Shown: positions 39,802 to 50,412, counted from the whole stretch's first letter. The stretch: DNA of 62,435 nt, filler included, from Sphingomonadaceae bacterium (GCA_050261575.1; 7 parts of 7 records of this genome joined end to end with filler, not necessarily neighbours in it); one strand, 5' to 3'. Notes: a model not told the origin generated them from the sequence alone. Made by a program: numbers and translations.

Positions 39802-40827
39802 CTATGCACTGCCAAACCTGGCGCGTGCCTCCAGCGCCGCCTCCAGCATCTCCCTCTTGACCCGAGTGGAATAGGTGCACCCCGGGGCGATCACGAAGCC
39901 TCGGCCTCCGGTCTCCTGGATCGCACGCATCACCTCCGCCACCACCATCTGCGGGCTACCCTTCTCCAGGGTATGGGTGTGGCTCACTCCACCGACCACC
40001 ATCTTTCCAGATCTCTCCTTCCCTTCCCTCAGGCTCGGGTTGCCGGGGAGTGTAGCATCCCAACTGATGGCGTCCACCGGGTACTTCATCAGCCTGTCGA
40101 AGAAGACCTTGTCGCCGCAGAGGTGAAGCAGGTTGAAGCCGGGGCGGCCCTGGATTGCCTCCAGCAGCCGCAGGTCGTAGGGCACGCCGTACTCCTGGTA
40201 CTGCTGCTCCGTCATCACGTCGGAGGAGGCCAGCTTGGTGGGCGTGAAGAAGATGCCGCTGGCGCCCGCGTCGATGCACGCCTTGACGTAATTGGTGAAG
40301 GTCTCCGCGATCGCCTCCAGGGCGGCGTGGAGTTCCCTCCCCTCCTGCTCCATCGCCTGGGCCAGCCTCTCCTTGGAGTGACCGGCCAGCCGATAGGCGA
40401 CGGCCAGCGGAGAGAAGACGGTCTGGAGGAAGTAGACCTTCTCCCCCTGGAGCCCCTCCTTCATCAACTCCAGCAGCACCAGTTGCTGTTTAAGCGGTTC
40501 GGCGCTGAATGCGTCCAGCACCCCGATCTTTGCCCAGTCGTCGCGGGAGTGCACCACCTGATCGATCAGGGCGGGGGGAGTGTGCGGGTCGTCGCTGTAG
40601 CGGTATCGATTGCCCCATGCCTCCGCGTGATAGGTGGCGCGAGGGTTGACCTTGACGAAATCCCACTGGTAGTCCCTCTGGAAGGCGAGCAGGGCATCTG
40701 CCAGCAGTTCCGCGTCCCTCTCCTGGAGGTAGAAGTGGCGCCAGAAGCTGATGGGGACTAAGTCGACGGCTTCACCCTTGAGGGCGGCGTCGATGCGTTC
40801 GATCTTGGTCATGCTGCGCATGGTCAT
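39802..40827 (-). CDS. Uroporphyrinogen decarboxylase-family protein
   Basis: ERIDAALKGE.VD.VP.SFWRH, LHLCG and APGC. Confidence 0.88.
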   Translation of the reverse strand: MTMRSMTKIERIDAALKGEAVDLVPISFWRHFYLQERDAELLADALLAFQRDYQWDFVKVNPRATYHAEAWGNRYRYSDDPHTPPALIDQVVHSRDDWAKIGVLDAFSAEPLKQQLVLLELMKEGLQGEKVYFLQTVFSPLAVAYRLAGHSKERLAQAMEQEGRELHAALEAIAETFTNYVKACIDAGASGIFFTPTKLASSDVMTEQQYQEYGVPYDLRLLEAIQGRPGFNLLHLCGDKVFFDRLMKYPVDAISWDATLPGNPSLREGKERSGKMVVGGVSHTHTLEKGSPQMVVAEVMRAIQETGGRGFVIAPGCTYSTRVKREMLEAALEARARFGSA

Positions 40828-40895
40828 CCCCTTCTCTCGGCGGGAGCATCGGCCCAACCGTGCACCAATAGCCAGTATATCACGATAATAACGCG

Positions 40896-40924
40896 CTATC
40901 AGCCGTCAGCCATCAGCTATCAGC
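40896..40924. repeat. Heptamer tandem repeat (NNTCAGC)n; related tracts near 35205, 39773 and 48433
   Basis: CTATCAGCCGTCAGCCATCAGCTATCAGC. Confidence 0.75.
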
Positions 40925-41051
40925 AAGGTGCAATCCAAGCGGGAGGGCCGGTGAACGGCCGGCAAGGCAAGACGGGGAGCATCCCTTACCTCAGCAGACG
41001 AGTGGTATAATCGCATAATCCCGTAGACTCCGTTCGACAAAGGCGAGCCCG

Positions 41052-42218
41052 ATGAGAATCCTGCTGTACACCGGTAAAGGGGGCGTTGGGAAGACCACCG
41101 CGTCGGCCGCGACTGCGCTGCGGGCCGCGCGACTGGGGTATCGGACCATCGTCCTCAGCACCGACGCCGCCCACAGCCTGGCCGATTCGTTCGACCTGCC
41201 CCTAGGGCCGGAGCCCACCCTCATCACCGAGAACCTCTGGGGCCAGGAGGTAGACGTCTACCACGAGGTGGGCAGCCACTGGGGCACCATCCAGAAGTAT
41301 CTCCAGACCCTCCTCTCCTGGCGGGGGATCGACGGCATCGTGGCCGAGGAACTCACCGTCCCGCCGGGGATGAGCGAGCTTGCGAGCCTGCTGCAACTGG
41401 TGCGGCTGCACGAGAGCGGCCAGTACGACGCCATCGTCGTCGACTGCGCCCCCACCGCCGAGACCCTGGAACTGCTGACCTTTCCGGAGATAGCTCGCTG
41501 GTGGATGGACAAGATCTTCCCGATCCAGCGCAGGCTGCTACAGGTCACCCGCCCCATCGTGAAGGGCGTCGTCGGGATGCCCCTCCCCGGCAACGAGGTG
41601 TACGACACCGCCGAGGATCTCTTCCGGCAACTGGACACGATGCAGAAGCTGTTGACCGACCCCTCCCTCTCCTCCATCCGGCTGGTGATCAACGCCGAGA
41701 AGATGGTGATCAAGGAAGCGATGCGCACGGCAGCCTACCTGAATCTGTACAACTACCCCTGCGACTTGGTGGTGTGCAATCGGGTCATCCCCGACCTTGT
41801 CACCGACAGCTACTTCGACACCTGGAAGGCCTCCCAGGCGCGCTACATCCGGATGGTGGAAGAGGGGTTCGCGCCAACCCCGATCCGCTACGTGCCGCTA
41901 CTGGATCGGGAGATCGTGGGCATCGAGGCCCTGGAGTTGGTCGCCGAGAAGCTGTACGGCGCCCAGGATCCCCTGGCGGTCCTCCATCGAGGGCGAGGCT
42001 ACAGTTTCGAGAAGACGGAGAAGGGTTACGAGCTTCTGCTACCGCTTTCGTTCACTCACAGGGAAGACGTGGATCTCAGACACATAGGCGACGAGCTGGT
42101 GATCCAGGTGGGCAACCAGAGGCGAGTCCTGATCCTCCCCAGAGCACTGATCGGGATGGATGTCCGCGGAGCCAAGATGGATGGCGACACTCTGAAGATC
42201 CGATTCGAGCCCAACTGA
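41052..42218 (+). CDS. ArsA/GET3-family ATPase with C-terminal HSP20-like domain
   Basis: GKGGVGKTT, STDAAHSL and DCAPT. Confidence 0.93.
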   Translation: MRILLYTGKGGVGKTTASAATALRAARLGYRTIVLSTDAAHSLADSFDLPLGPEPTLITENLWGQEVDVYHEVGSHWGTIQKYLQTLLSWRGIDGIVAEELTVPPGMSELASLLQLVRLHESGQYDAIVVDCAPTAETLELLTFPEIARWWMDKIFPIQRRLLQVTRPIVKGVVGMPLPGNEVYDTAEDLFRQLDTMQKLLTDPSLSSIRLVINAEKMVIKEAMRTAAYLNLYNYPCDLVVCNRVIPDLVTDSYFDTWKASQARYIRMVEEGFAPTPIRYVPLLDREIVGIEALELVAEKLYGAQDPLAVLHRGRGYSFEKTEKGYELLLPLSFTHREDVDLRHIGDELVIQVGNQRRVLILPRALIGMDVRGAKMDGDTLKIRFEPN

Positions 42219-42262
42219 CCGGGGTCTGGGGCTTGCTCACTGCTCAGACAGGGAGGTGCGAA

Positions 42263-42568
42263 ATGGCCGAGAGGGAAACGAGGGAGACGAGGTTCGACGA
42301 GGACGAAGAGGAAAGGATCCTCACCCTCAAGATCAGCCTGGAGGGTCCGGCCGAGCTGATACAGTTGATCCGAGAGAGCACCCCCGGGATGATGGGGAAG
42401 CGACTCTCCGGCCTCCTGCCACGGGAGTTCCGCGAGCACATGATGGCGGCTCAGCGGGAACAGATGCTGGCGTTCCGGAGTCTTCTGGACGCAGCGATAA
42501 GCCGGATGGAGCCGAGGAAGAGGGAAGAGAAGCCTCGCCGCCAGTCGACGCGGGTCGAGGTCGAGTAG
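42263..42568 (+). CDS. Hypothetical protein
   Basis: SD GGAGGTG, 101 aa. Confidence 0.7.
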   Translation: MAERETRETRFDEDEEERILTLKISLEGPAELIQLIRESTPGMMGKRLSGLLPREFREHMMAAQREQMLAFRSLLDAAISRMEPRKREEKPRRQSTRVEVE

Positions 42569-42602
42569 AGACGGGGGAGCACCCCCGTCTCCCGGCCCCA
42601 TC

Positions 42603-42971
42603 CTAGGCTCGCTCCAGGGTGATCCTCGCCCCCGAGGGAACGTTTTTGAACAGCTTGGGATCACCCTCGACCTTGCCGAAGACGGTGACCTCGCTGGCCG
42701 GCCGGATCTCGTTGCCCCGGCTGGCCGGCGTTGGCCCGAAGAAGATGCAGAAGGCGTTGCCTGGCGACCAGTAGGCCAGGTCGCCCATCGCCACCACCTC
42801 CTGCCCGCGCTCGGTGCCGAGCCGCACGGGAATGGAAAAGTAGATTTCGTCCCCCCAGGTGCTGGCCCGCGCCTCGATGGGCAGGGCCGACCAGATGGCC
42901 TCCGCCGTCTTCGTGTCGTTCAACTCCGCCGTTGCGGAAACGTCGCCCGCCTTGATGAGGATCTTCTTCAT
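42603..42971 (-). CDS. Cyclophilin-like fold protein (DUF369/TM1367 type)
   Basis: TWGDEIYF and GDLAYWSPGNAFCIFFGPTP. Confidence 0.9.
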   Translation of the reverse strand: MKKILIKAGDVSATAELNDTKTAEAIWSALPIEARASTWGDEIYFSIPVRLGTERGQEVVAMGDLAYWSPGNAFCIFFGPTPASRGNEIRPASEVTVFGKVEGDPKLFKNVPSGARITLERA

Positions 42972-43021
42972 TCCCTTCCCCTCACCCCAACCCTCTCCCT
43001 CTGGGAGAGGGGGATTCGAGA

Positions 43022-44119
43022 TCACACGTTAAAGAGGATGTTCATGATGTCGCCGTCCTGGACCGGGTAGGTTTTCCCCTCCAGCCGGAGCAGCCCCCGC
43101 TTGCGAACTTCGGCCATGCTTCCGGCGGCCATCAGGTCGGTGTAGCGCACCACCTCGGCACGGATGAAGCCCCGCTCCAGGTCGGAGTGGATCTCCCCCG
43201 CGGCCTTCTGTGCTGGGGTGTTCCTGCGGACGGTCCAGGCCCGCACCTCGTCGGGTCCCACCGTCAGGAAGGAGACGTAGTCCAGCAACTGGTAGGACAG
43301 CGCGATCACCCTGTCCACCCCGGGCTGGGCGATCCCCATGGCCTCCAGGAACTGGCGCCTCTCCTCCGAGTCGAGTTCGGCCACCTCCGCCTCCACCTTG
43401 CCACATAGGGTGGTGAAGGCGGTTCCAGGCACCTCGTACCCCCGACTCACCTCCGCCTGGATCCTCTCGCGCTCGGGATACTGCTCTTCGTCCAGGTTGA
43501 GGACGTGGAGCAGAGGCTTGGCCGTGAGGAACTGGAATGCCTTGATGGCCTGCCTCTCCTCCTCGGTGAGCTGCTGGGCGCGGATGGGGATCTCCTTCTC
43601 CAGATCCACCTTGATCCTGGACAGAAGCTCCATCTCCCGCTCGCCGGCCTCGCGCTCCTGCACCTTCACCTTGTGCACCGACTCCTTCAGCCGCTCGAGC
43701 CGCCGCTCGATGATGGCGAGGTCGGAGTAGGCCAGCTCCAGATCCATGGTCGCCACGTCGCGGGCGGGGTCCACGCTGTCCTCGGGATGGGGAACGGAGT
43801 CGTCTCGGAACGCCCTGACCACGTTCAACAGGGCGTCGGCCTTGCTGATCTGATTCAGCAGCCGCCCCGAGATCCCCTCCTCCTTGGAGGCGCCCTTCAC
43901 CACGCCGCCAGCGTCCACGTACTCCACGATGGCATGGGTGACCTTCTTGGGGTTGAAGATCTTGGCCAGCTCCTCCAGCCGATGGTCGGGAACCTGCACG
44001 ACCGCGACGTTCGCGTCGGCAGAGGAGGAGTAGGCGCCGGTTCTGGCCCGGGCGCCGGTTAGGGCGTTGAAGACGGTGGTCTTGCCCGACAAGGGCAAGC
44101 CGATGATGGCGATCTGCAC
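43022..44119 (-). CDS. ychF: Ribosome-associated ATPase YchF
   Basis: GLPLSGKTT, AAGEIHSDLERGFIRAEV and EGKTYPVQDGD. Confidence 0.95.
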   Translation of the reverse strand: MQIAIIGLPLSGKTTVFNALTGARARTGAYSSSADANVAVVQVPDHRLEELAKIFNPKKVTHAIVEYVDAGGVVKGASKEEGISGRLLNQISKADALLNVVRAFRDDSVPHPEDSVDPARDVATMDLELAYSDLAIIERRLERLKESVHKVKVQEREAGEREMELLSRIKVDLEKEIPIRAQQLTEEERQAIKAFQFLTAKPLLHVLNLDEEQYPERERIQAEVSRGYEVPGTAFTTLCGKVEAEVAELDSEERRQFLEAMGIAQPGVDRVIALSYQLLDYVSFLTVGPDEVRAWTVRRNTPAQKAAGEIHSDLERGFIRAEVVRYTDLMAAGSMAEVRKRGLLRLEGKTYPVQDGDIMNILFNV

Positions 44120-44193
44120 TTGAGCGGTACCCCCTGGTAGTCTAACTCCAATGATAGCACAGGGGGAGCGAGCCATCAGCGGGCAGCGGGTCG

Positions 44194-45816
44194 CTACTCG
44201 GCCCAGAAGGTAGGGCCTCTGCTCCGCGACCGGGTAACGTCTTGTTGCCCCTTCGCGGTCTGGAGTTGGCCGTCCCGCAGCGTGAGCAGCTTGGCGGGAT
44301 CCACCACGTGGATCAGTTCCTCGGCCACCAGCCCAATCCTCAAACCGCCCTCCACGATCCTCCGCGCCGTCGTGTAGACGTCCCACGCGGGCGAGTCGCC
44401 CCCCGCTACCTGGCCCACCTCTGTGCTCGGCCACACCAAGAAGAGATCGGGCCGGGGCACGGGCGCCTTCACCAGACTCTCCTCCTTACTCCTCAACCAC
44501 CGCACGGTGGAGGAGAGAGCGCCGTACTGGGGCTTCCTTCTGCCATTCTCGTCCAGCACCCCGTAGTTGCCGCCGTCCCGCCAGTCGTCCCTCCACTGGA
44601 AGTAGAAGACGCCGCTGGCTCCCCCCTCGAGGGCCTGGGAGACGAAGCGCTGAGTCTCCTCGCCCGTGGGGTCGCCGTCCTTCCTGTTCAGCTCCATCAC
44701 CCAAACCGGCTTCTCCCAGAGGCGGGACAGCATGTCGGAGGTGAGGAGGAAGTAGCTCGCATCCTCCACGCTGTCGGGATAGAGGTCGTAGCCGACGATG
44801 TCGGCGTCACGGTATATGTGGAGGGGTGAGACCCCGGAGTAGGGCTGCTCGCCCCACCACCACCACGCCATCTCCGCAACGATCACCGGGTGTCCAGAGT
44901 CGACGGTCTTGATGGCACGGGCTAGCTCTCCCGTGAAGTCAGCCAGATTGTCGTAGCCGAACTGCCGCCAGTCCGACCACTGCCTCACGAGCGGATCGTC
45001 CTTCTGCCCGTAGGCCGGTTCGCGGATCGGCTCCACCTCGTCGAGAGATGTGTAGGTGGTGGACCAGTACTTGTTCAGCCGCTCCACCGAGCCGTACTTC
45101 TGCTGAAGCCATTGGCGGAAGGCCGCGACGGAGTATGGATTGTAGTCGTAGAGCCGCCCGGGATCGTATCTGGGTTCGTTGAGCACCTGGTAGGCAAGGA
45201 TGGCAGGATGTCCCTTGATGTGACGCACCGTGGCCTCGATGTAGTCACGCAACTGCTGGCGGTAGCCAGGGTAGTTGATGCTCGGCAGGTCGTCCAACGC
45301 TATGCGCCCCTCCTGGTCTCTCGCGATCCACTCGGGAAAGCGGGGCCAGTACCACAGCGGGGTGTTGAAATCTCGGGTAGTGTGAGAAAATACGGGGACG
45401 ATGTAGAGTCCATGCTTGGCAGCCCGGTCTAGGAACTCGTCAAGGAAGCCGAAGCGGTAGTGCCCCGGGAAGAGAGGCACCACATCCCGCCAGGAGAGAT
45501 CGATCCGCACGCTGTTCAGACCCAGGCTGCGCATCGCCTGCAGGTCGTCGTCCCAGGTGTCTCTGTGGTAGGTGAAGTGGTAGCTGACCCCCACTGGAAC
45601 GAAAGGCTCGCCTTCCACCAGCAACAACTTCTTGCCAGCGCCGCCGCCCGACGCGTCGCCCACGCTGCCCACTTGCACGTCGAGAGGGCCGGCGAGGTTG
45701 GGGGCAGCGAGAGACGGCATCAGGGGGTTGAGCAACGAGGCCAACAGCCCCAGACGGAGAAGCGGTCCCACGACGACCATCGGAAAGGCCATGGTGACCT
45801 CCGCCAGCAGGCGCAT
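44194..45816 (-). CDS. Clan GH-A glycoside hydrolase (GH42 beta-galactosidase-like)
   Basis: GLNSVRI, YQVLNEP, FRQWLQQKYGSVERLN..W and PVWVME. Confidence 0.85.
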   Translation of the reverse strand: MRLLAEVTMAFPMVVVGPLLRLGLLASLLNPLMPSLAAPNLAGPLDVQVGSVGDASGGGAGKKLLLVEGEPFVPVGVSYHFTYHRDTWDDDLQAMRSLGLNSVRIDLSWRDVVPLFPGHYRFGFLDEFLDRAAKHGLYIVPVFSHTTRDFNTPLWYWPRFPEWIARDQEGRIALDDLPSINYPGYRQQLRDYIEATVRHIKGHPAILAYQVLNEPRYDPGRLYDYNPYSVAAFRQWLQQKYGSVERLNKYWSTTYTSLDEVEPIREPAYGQKDDPLVRQWSDWRQFGYDNLADFTGELARAIKTVDSGHPVIVAEMAWWWWGEQPYSGVSPLHIYRDADIVGYDLYPDSVEDASYFLLTSDMLSRLWEKPVWVMELNRKDGDPTGEETQRFVSQALEGGASGVFYFQWRDDWRDGGNYGVLDENGRRKPQYGALSSTVRWLRSKEESLVKAPVPRPDLFLVWPSTEVGQVAGGDSPAWDVYTTARRIVEGGLRIGLVAEELIHVVDPAKLLTLRDGQLQTAKGQQDVTRSRSRGPTFWAE

Positions 45817-45856
45817 GTACTGGGGAATGGCAGCGCGGAAAGGAGCCCTCGATGGC

Positions 45857-45930
45857 TAAGCAGGAATCTCTAGAAAGAGAACGCGTTTCCCGCTAGAGGA
45901 GTTGACACGAACTGGAGATACCTGCTTAGG
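45857..45930. repeat. 74-bp dispersed element, copy B, with terminal inverted repeats
   Basis: CTAAGCAGGaATCTCTAG ... CTGGAGATaCCTGCTTAG. Confidence 0.8.
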
Positions 45931-46263
45931 GGTTGTTGCCGTACGATAATAGCAGGGGGTTGGCGCTGATTCAAGTCCGCATCTTTAGTCCCGTCTTAAC
46001 TTGAACAACGCGCCAGCATCTGCTCTTTCGCGGTCGCGCGTGACACAACAAAGTGGCACATTTCTTGCCCCGTCCCTCCACAATGCAGCCTAACCGCAGT
46101 TGTTCCACAGCCCCTGGGACCGCCGGCAACGGGGATGGGGAGCGGAGAAGTCACCGCGGTTGTCAAACCCCGTGACGCACTACTGGCCGGCAGACGCCCT
46201 GACTTAGGGGTCCAAGGCTGGACTCTCCCATCCACACCCCACGCAGAGCAGTTGGAGTAAGCT

Positions 46264-47811
46264 ATGCTACGCGACAGGCTTGGCCAGTTGGAGGCCGTTC
46301 ACACCCTTCCGGAGAGGTTACCCGGCACGGCCGACGCCGTGTGGGAGCGGGTTCCGGGGGTCGTGAGCTGGCTGGTAGCTTTGGCCCCAATCTGGCTTAC
46401 CTCGATGTCTCCCTCGCTGGGACTCGCCATGGTGGCTCTGGCCACCGTCTACTTCGCGGTTCGGGCCTCGCTCTACGGCCCGCGAGCACTGATCAACCGC
46501 AGGCGAGTCCTGGCTGCACGTGAAGAGGATTGGCTAGGACACCTCGAGACGCTGCACCAGGACATACCCGACTGGCGCGCTTGCAAGGTGACCCTGATGA
46601 TTCGCGCCTACCGAGAGAAGAACCTGAAGATGCTGCGGGACACCCTGAACTCGATCGCGGCATCCAACTGGCCGAGAGTTCGAGGCAAGCTGGCCAATCT
46701 CGAGGTGGTGTTCGCCACCGAGGAGGACGATCCGTTCACCCCGCCCCTGGTGGATAGGCTCTCCAGGGAGTTCGCGTCGCGGCTGGCGGTGCGCCAGATC
46801 AGGCATCCCGAGGAACCCAACACCCTGCCCGGTCCCTCCACGGCGATGAACTTCGTGGGTAGAGTGCTCTATCGCGAGGCGGTTCGCGATGGCATCGATC
46901 CGCGATTGTGGATCGTCGCCGACTTCGACGCGGACACCCTATTCGACCCTCAGTACGTGCCCTGCCTCGTCTACCACTACGTCACCGATCCCAACCGGGA
47001 TACGAGGGTCTACCAGCCGGTCGTGATGTTCACCACCGACTACTGGAAGGCCCCGCTCCACAGCCGCCTATCCGCCATCGGCACCTCGGTCCTGACCCTG
47101 GGTTGGAACAAGCGGCCGGAGATCGCCTTCACGGGCGCGGCCGCCAGCCTGGCTCTGCTGCACAGCGTCGGCTTCTGGCCCACCAACTCCCACAGCCAGG
47201 ACTCGGGGATAGAGCTGCGGCTCCGGATGCGGTACGGCAGGCGCTTCCGGGTGAAGGGGTTGCCCGTGCCCCTCTGGGTCTACCCGGTGATGCCGATCGG
47301 GCCCCAGACCACGTTCGAACAGAAGCTCAGGGCCTACTGGCGCAGCTACAAGGCCCTTTTCCGGCAGAGCGCGCGGTGGCGAGAGGGTCCCCTGGACGAG
47401 TTCGTGGAGGCGTCGACCCGCGGGCGGCCGTTGCTGGCCTTCCAGCGGCTGTGGAACGGCCTGGAGAGGGACACGCTGACACTCATGCCCAGCTACGGGA
47501 TGATCGTGGCAACCGCCCTGGTGGGGACCGAGGTCCTGGCCTTCGCCGACAACTACCTGAAGCCGGCCGCCGGAGTCGGGCTCACCTTCGTCAGCCTTCT
47601 GGGTCTGGTGGTGTTCTGGAAGATGCTGGGCACCCCGGAGCTGGTGCTGGGTGAGAGGAAACGAGGGCAGCGGGTGCGCGAGTTGCTCCTCTTCTGGCTG
47701 GTGTTCAGTATCTACGTGCCGATCTTCACCTCGCTGGCGGGGTTGAAGACCTCCACGGCCTACGCCCTGGGGAAGAGGCCCAGGGGGCACTTCGTGCCGA
47801 CACCGAAGTAG
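46264..47811 (+). CDS. Membrane GT2 glycosyltransferase
   Basis: DAD, QD and QSARW motifs with flanking TM helices. Confidence 0.85.
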   Translation: MLRDRLGQLEAVHTLPERLPGTADAVWERVPGVVSWLVALAPIWLTSMSPSLGLAMVALATVYFAVRASLYGPRALINRRRVLAAREEDWLGHLETLHQDIPDWRACKVTLMIRAYREKNLKMLRDTLNSIAASNWPRVRGKLANLEVVFATEEDDPFTPPLVDRLSREFASRLAVRQIRHPEEPNTLPGPSTAMNFVGRVLYREAVRDGIDPRLWIVADFDADTLFDPQYVPCLVYHYVTDPNRDTRVYQPVVMFTTDYWKAPLHSRLSAIGTSVLTLGWNKRPEIAFTGAAASLALLHSVGFWPTNSHSQDSGIELRLRMRYGRRFRVKGLPVPLWVYPVMPIGPQTTFEQKLRAYWRSYKALFRQSARWREGPLDEFVEASTRGRPLLAFQRLWNGLERDTLTLMPSYGMIVATALVGTEVLAFADNYLKPAAGVGLTFVSLLGLVVFWKMLGTPELVLGERKRGQRVRELLLFWLVFSIYVPIFTSLAGLKTSTAYALGKRPRGHFVPTPK

Positions 47812-48114
47812 CGGCTGGGTATCCCTTCTCCCTCTGAGAGCTGCGCGAACATGTCAAAGGGCCGAGGTGAGGACCCTCACCCCGGCCTCTCCCAGAGACG
47901 GGCAATTCGCATCGGAAACGCTGGCATCTCGGTAGGGGTCGTGGGCGGGTGGGGGGGGCGCGGCCGCGCCCCCGGCCCCCCCCCGCCCGCCCACGGGGGG
48001 GGCCCGTCGGGGCCNNNNNNNNNNNNNNNNNNNNNNNNNNNNNNNNNNNNNNNNNNNNTTAATTAATTAANNNNNNNNNNNNNNNNNNNNNNNNNNNNNN
48101 NNNNNNNNNNNNNN

Positions 48115-48421
48115 CGGCGTAGAGCCGCCCCAGGAACGCCATCATGGCCACGAAGCGGGATTCCGTGGAGACGTACGAAGAGGTGAGCGCCGGCCCCAGC
48201 GCGAGCCGCCCCGCCCCCCCGACGTCCACCCCGTGGCCGGTCTTCCAGCGGCCGGGCTCCCCCTGCACCCGCTGGCCCTCGCCGCGGCGCCAGTCCGCCT
48301 GGGCCCACTTCCGCCAGCCCCAGCCGCCCAACCCTCTGGCGGCCGCCACCCGCCGGTAGGAACCCTCCCGGATCAGGTATCCCGCCCCGTCGATCCGCAC
48401 GTGGTACCTGCCCCCAGCCAT
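48115..48421 (-). CDS. Putative virion protein, truncated by the gap
   Basis: SD GGGGGAG, follows the capsid genes. Confidence 0.55.
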
Positions 48422-48476
48422 CTCCCCCACCCGTGAGGGCTGAGGACCGGCTACTCGGTCCTCAGCCCTCAGTCCT

Positions 48477-48851
48477 CTACAGCACCGTCGCCGGCTCTAT
48501 CCTCACCACGATCGCCGCCGGCCCCACGGCGCAGCCCACCACCTGCTTCAGGTTGCCCATGCCGCTAGGCGGAGTGGACTGGACGTCGCCGGGCGTCGTG
48601 ATGCTGAGGTACTGGACGTCCCCCTCCACCAGATCGACGAAGCCCGAGACCTCGCCCATCAGGTGGAGCGCCCCCGTGTCGCCGTCCTTGTAGGCTGCAG
48701 CCGCCACCCCCACGGCGGGGATCGGGCTGCCGGCGCCGCCGAAGGCTCGCACCAGCCTGCCGTTGCTCCAGCCCACCAGGTCTCCCGCCCGCACGTCCTC
48801 TCCGAAAGGCACTCCAGACACGGTCAGTCCCGTCGTCGCCACCTTCGCCAT
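48477..48851 (-). CDS. Putative capsid decoration/cement protein
   Basis: 124 aa, Gly/Val-rich (GEDVRAGDLV..AVGVA), directly after the capsid gene. Confidence 0.6.
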   Translation of the reverse strand: MAKVATTGLTVSGVPFGEDVRAGDLVGWSNGRLVRAFGGAGSPIPAVGVAAAAYKDGDTGALHLMGEVSGFVDLVEGDVQYLSITTPGDVQSTPPSGMGNLKQVVGCAVGPAAIVVRIEPATVL

Positions 48852-48903
48852 GCCACACCTCCCGCTTCCGAGCAGGTATCTCTAGCTCACGCCAACATCC
48901 CTT

Positions 48904-49797
48904 CTAGCTTCCCAGCACCCCGACGAGCTTGGCGCAGCGCAACTGGTTGAAGAGCGCGAGGCCGCAGTACCAGCGGATGCGCACCCTGCTCGCGTCCTTC
49001 GTCTCGAGCTGCCCCACGTCGATCACCTCGATGCCGCCGTTCTGCAGCCCGCACAGGGCCTCCTCGGCCCCGAAGCTCAGGGCGTAGATCGTCGAGCAGG
49101 CGTTGGAGCTGCCCTGGGTCTCGTTGTCGGGAACGAAGTCGCTCACCTCCACCGGGATCCCGTCGTAGAGCATCACCTGCCGGCCGAAGCTGCTCTCGCC
49201 CCGCTCCACGTAGTGGGCGCTCGCCTGCAGCAGGCTCTTCAGCTTCCGCCGGCTCCGCTTGCTCATCAGCAGGATGTCCGGCTTGCCGCCCTTCACCCTG
49301 TCGATCAGGTCGTCCAGCATCGCCGTGGTCAGGGCCGCCCCGTTGGCCCCCGCCGTCACGACCTGGTCGCTGTTGGTGATCAGGTTCTTGACGCCGTTGA
49401 AGGCGTTGGGGTCGGCGAAGACGTCGCCCTCGACGAAGGTCTGCTCGAACTTGTGGGCGACCGCCTTCGACTTCTTGGCCACCTGGACGGCCCGCTGGTC
49501 CTGCACGTTGGACATGGTCCTCTGGATGAAGTTGTCGACGTCGGCGTCCCCGCCCAGGATGGCCAGCGTGGCCGACTGCTGGGTGAAGGTCGCCGCCGAC
49601 TCGCTCCAGGTGGCGTTGACCGCGTAGAAGTCGGCCGAGCCCAGGGTGTTCTCCTGGGTGTACTTGTAGCTGTTGCCCTCGATGGTCATGAAGGGCAGCA
49701 TCTGGAGGATCGGCGAATCCTTCACGATCGCCTCGATCACCCCGCGCTGCAACACGTCTGTGGAAAGCTTGGCCGCATCCTCGATCAGTAGGGCCAT
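48904..49797 (-). CDS. Phage major capsid protein
   Basis: SPILQMLPF..IEGNSYKY, LGGDADVDNFI and RVRIRWYCGLAL. 297 aa, SD GAGGAGG. Confidence 0.88.
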   Translation of the reverse strand: MALLIEDAAKLSTDVLQRGVIEAIVKDSPILQMLPFMTIEGNSYKYTQENTLGSADFYAVNATWSESAATFTQQSATLAILGGDADVDNFIQRTMSNVQDQRAVQVAKKSKAVAHKFEQTFVEGDVFADPNAFNGVKNLITNSDQVVTAGANGAALTTAMLDDLIDRVKGGKPDILLMSKRSRRKLKSLLQASAHYVERGESSFGRQVMLYDGIPVEVSDFVPDNETQGSSNACSTIYALSFGAEEALCGLQNGGIEVIDVGQLETKDASRVRIRWYCGLALFNQLRCAKLVGVLGS

Positions 49798-49907
49798 CTC
49801 GACCTCCTCACTCTCCTGGCCTTGCCCCAGGTTGGCCCTGGGTCTGGGTCCCGGGTCCTGAGTGGTACTGGGAAGACCACACTCGATCACTCAGGACCCA
49901 GGGCTCA

Positions 49908-50339
49908 TCACTCGTTACTTCGCTTGAGTCCGAACGCGATCTTCTCGATGGGGCTCATCGTCTCGACGTTGGGGCTCTGGCGAACCGGGTTGCCGGCCGG
50001 AACGCGGGCCGATGCCAGCTCCGCCAGGGCCGCGGCCTTGGCCGCCTCGAAGGCGCCTCTGGCCACCTCCACCGAGGCCTCCAGCGCCTCGATGGTGCCG
50101 CCCTGCACCAGCTCGGGCACCACCCTTCCCGCGTTCTCCGCCAGCAGCGCCCGCCGGTGGGACTCCAGCCATCGGGCCCGTGCCCCCTCCAGCTCCCCGC
50201 GCAGCCGTTCCAGTTCCGCCTGGGGGTCGGGGGCAGGCTCGAGTTCCGGGGTCTGGGTGCCGGGCGCTGAGCTCTCCGCATCCCCGCGCCCTCCCGTCTC
50301 CGCGTCCATCGCTACCTCGCCTCGCTCGTCTTCCTCCAT
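49908..50339 (-). CDS. Putative scaffolding protein
   Basis: Acidic coiled-coil protein upstream of the capsid gene, ending MSPIEKIAFGL. Confidence 0.65.
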   Translation of the reverse strand: MEEDERGEVAMDAETGGRGDAESSAPGTQTPELEPAPDPQAELERLRGELEGARARWLESHRRALLAENAGRVVPELVQGGTIEALEASVEVARGAFEAAKAAALAELASARVPAGNPVRQSPNVETMSPIEKIAFGLKRSNE

Positions 50340-50412
50340 CGTGCCTCACCTCCTTTCGTCAGCGTTCGGCTGTGGCCCCGCCGCCCAGGCTGGCAGAGCT
50401 TCGGGAACCGCA

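Noticed and set aside
45856..45930. Integron attC site
   Set aside because: Ends are TAAG/CTTA rather than AAC/GTT, and there is no cassette array or integron integrase.
48904..49797. Encapsulin nanocompartment
   Set aside because: Adjacent portal and terminase genes indicate a DNA-packaging head.
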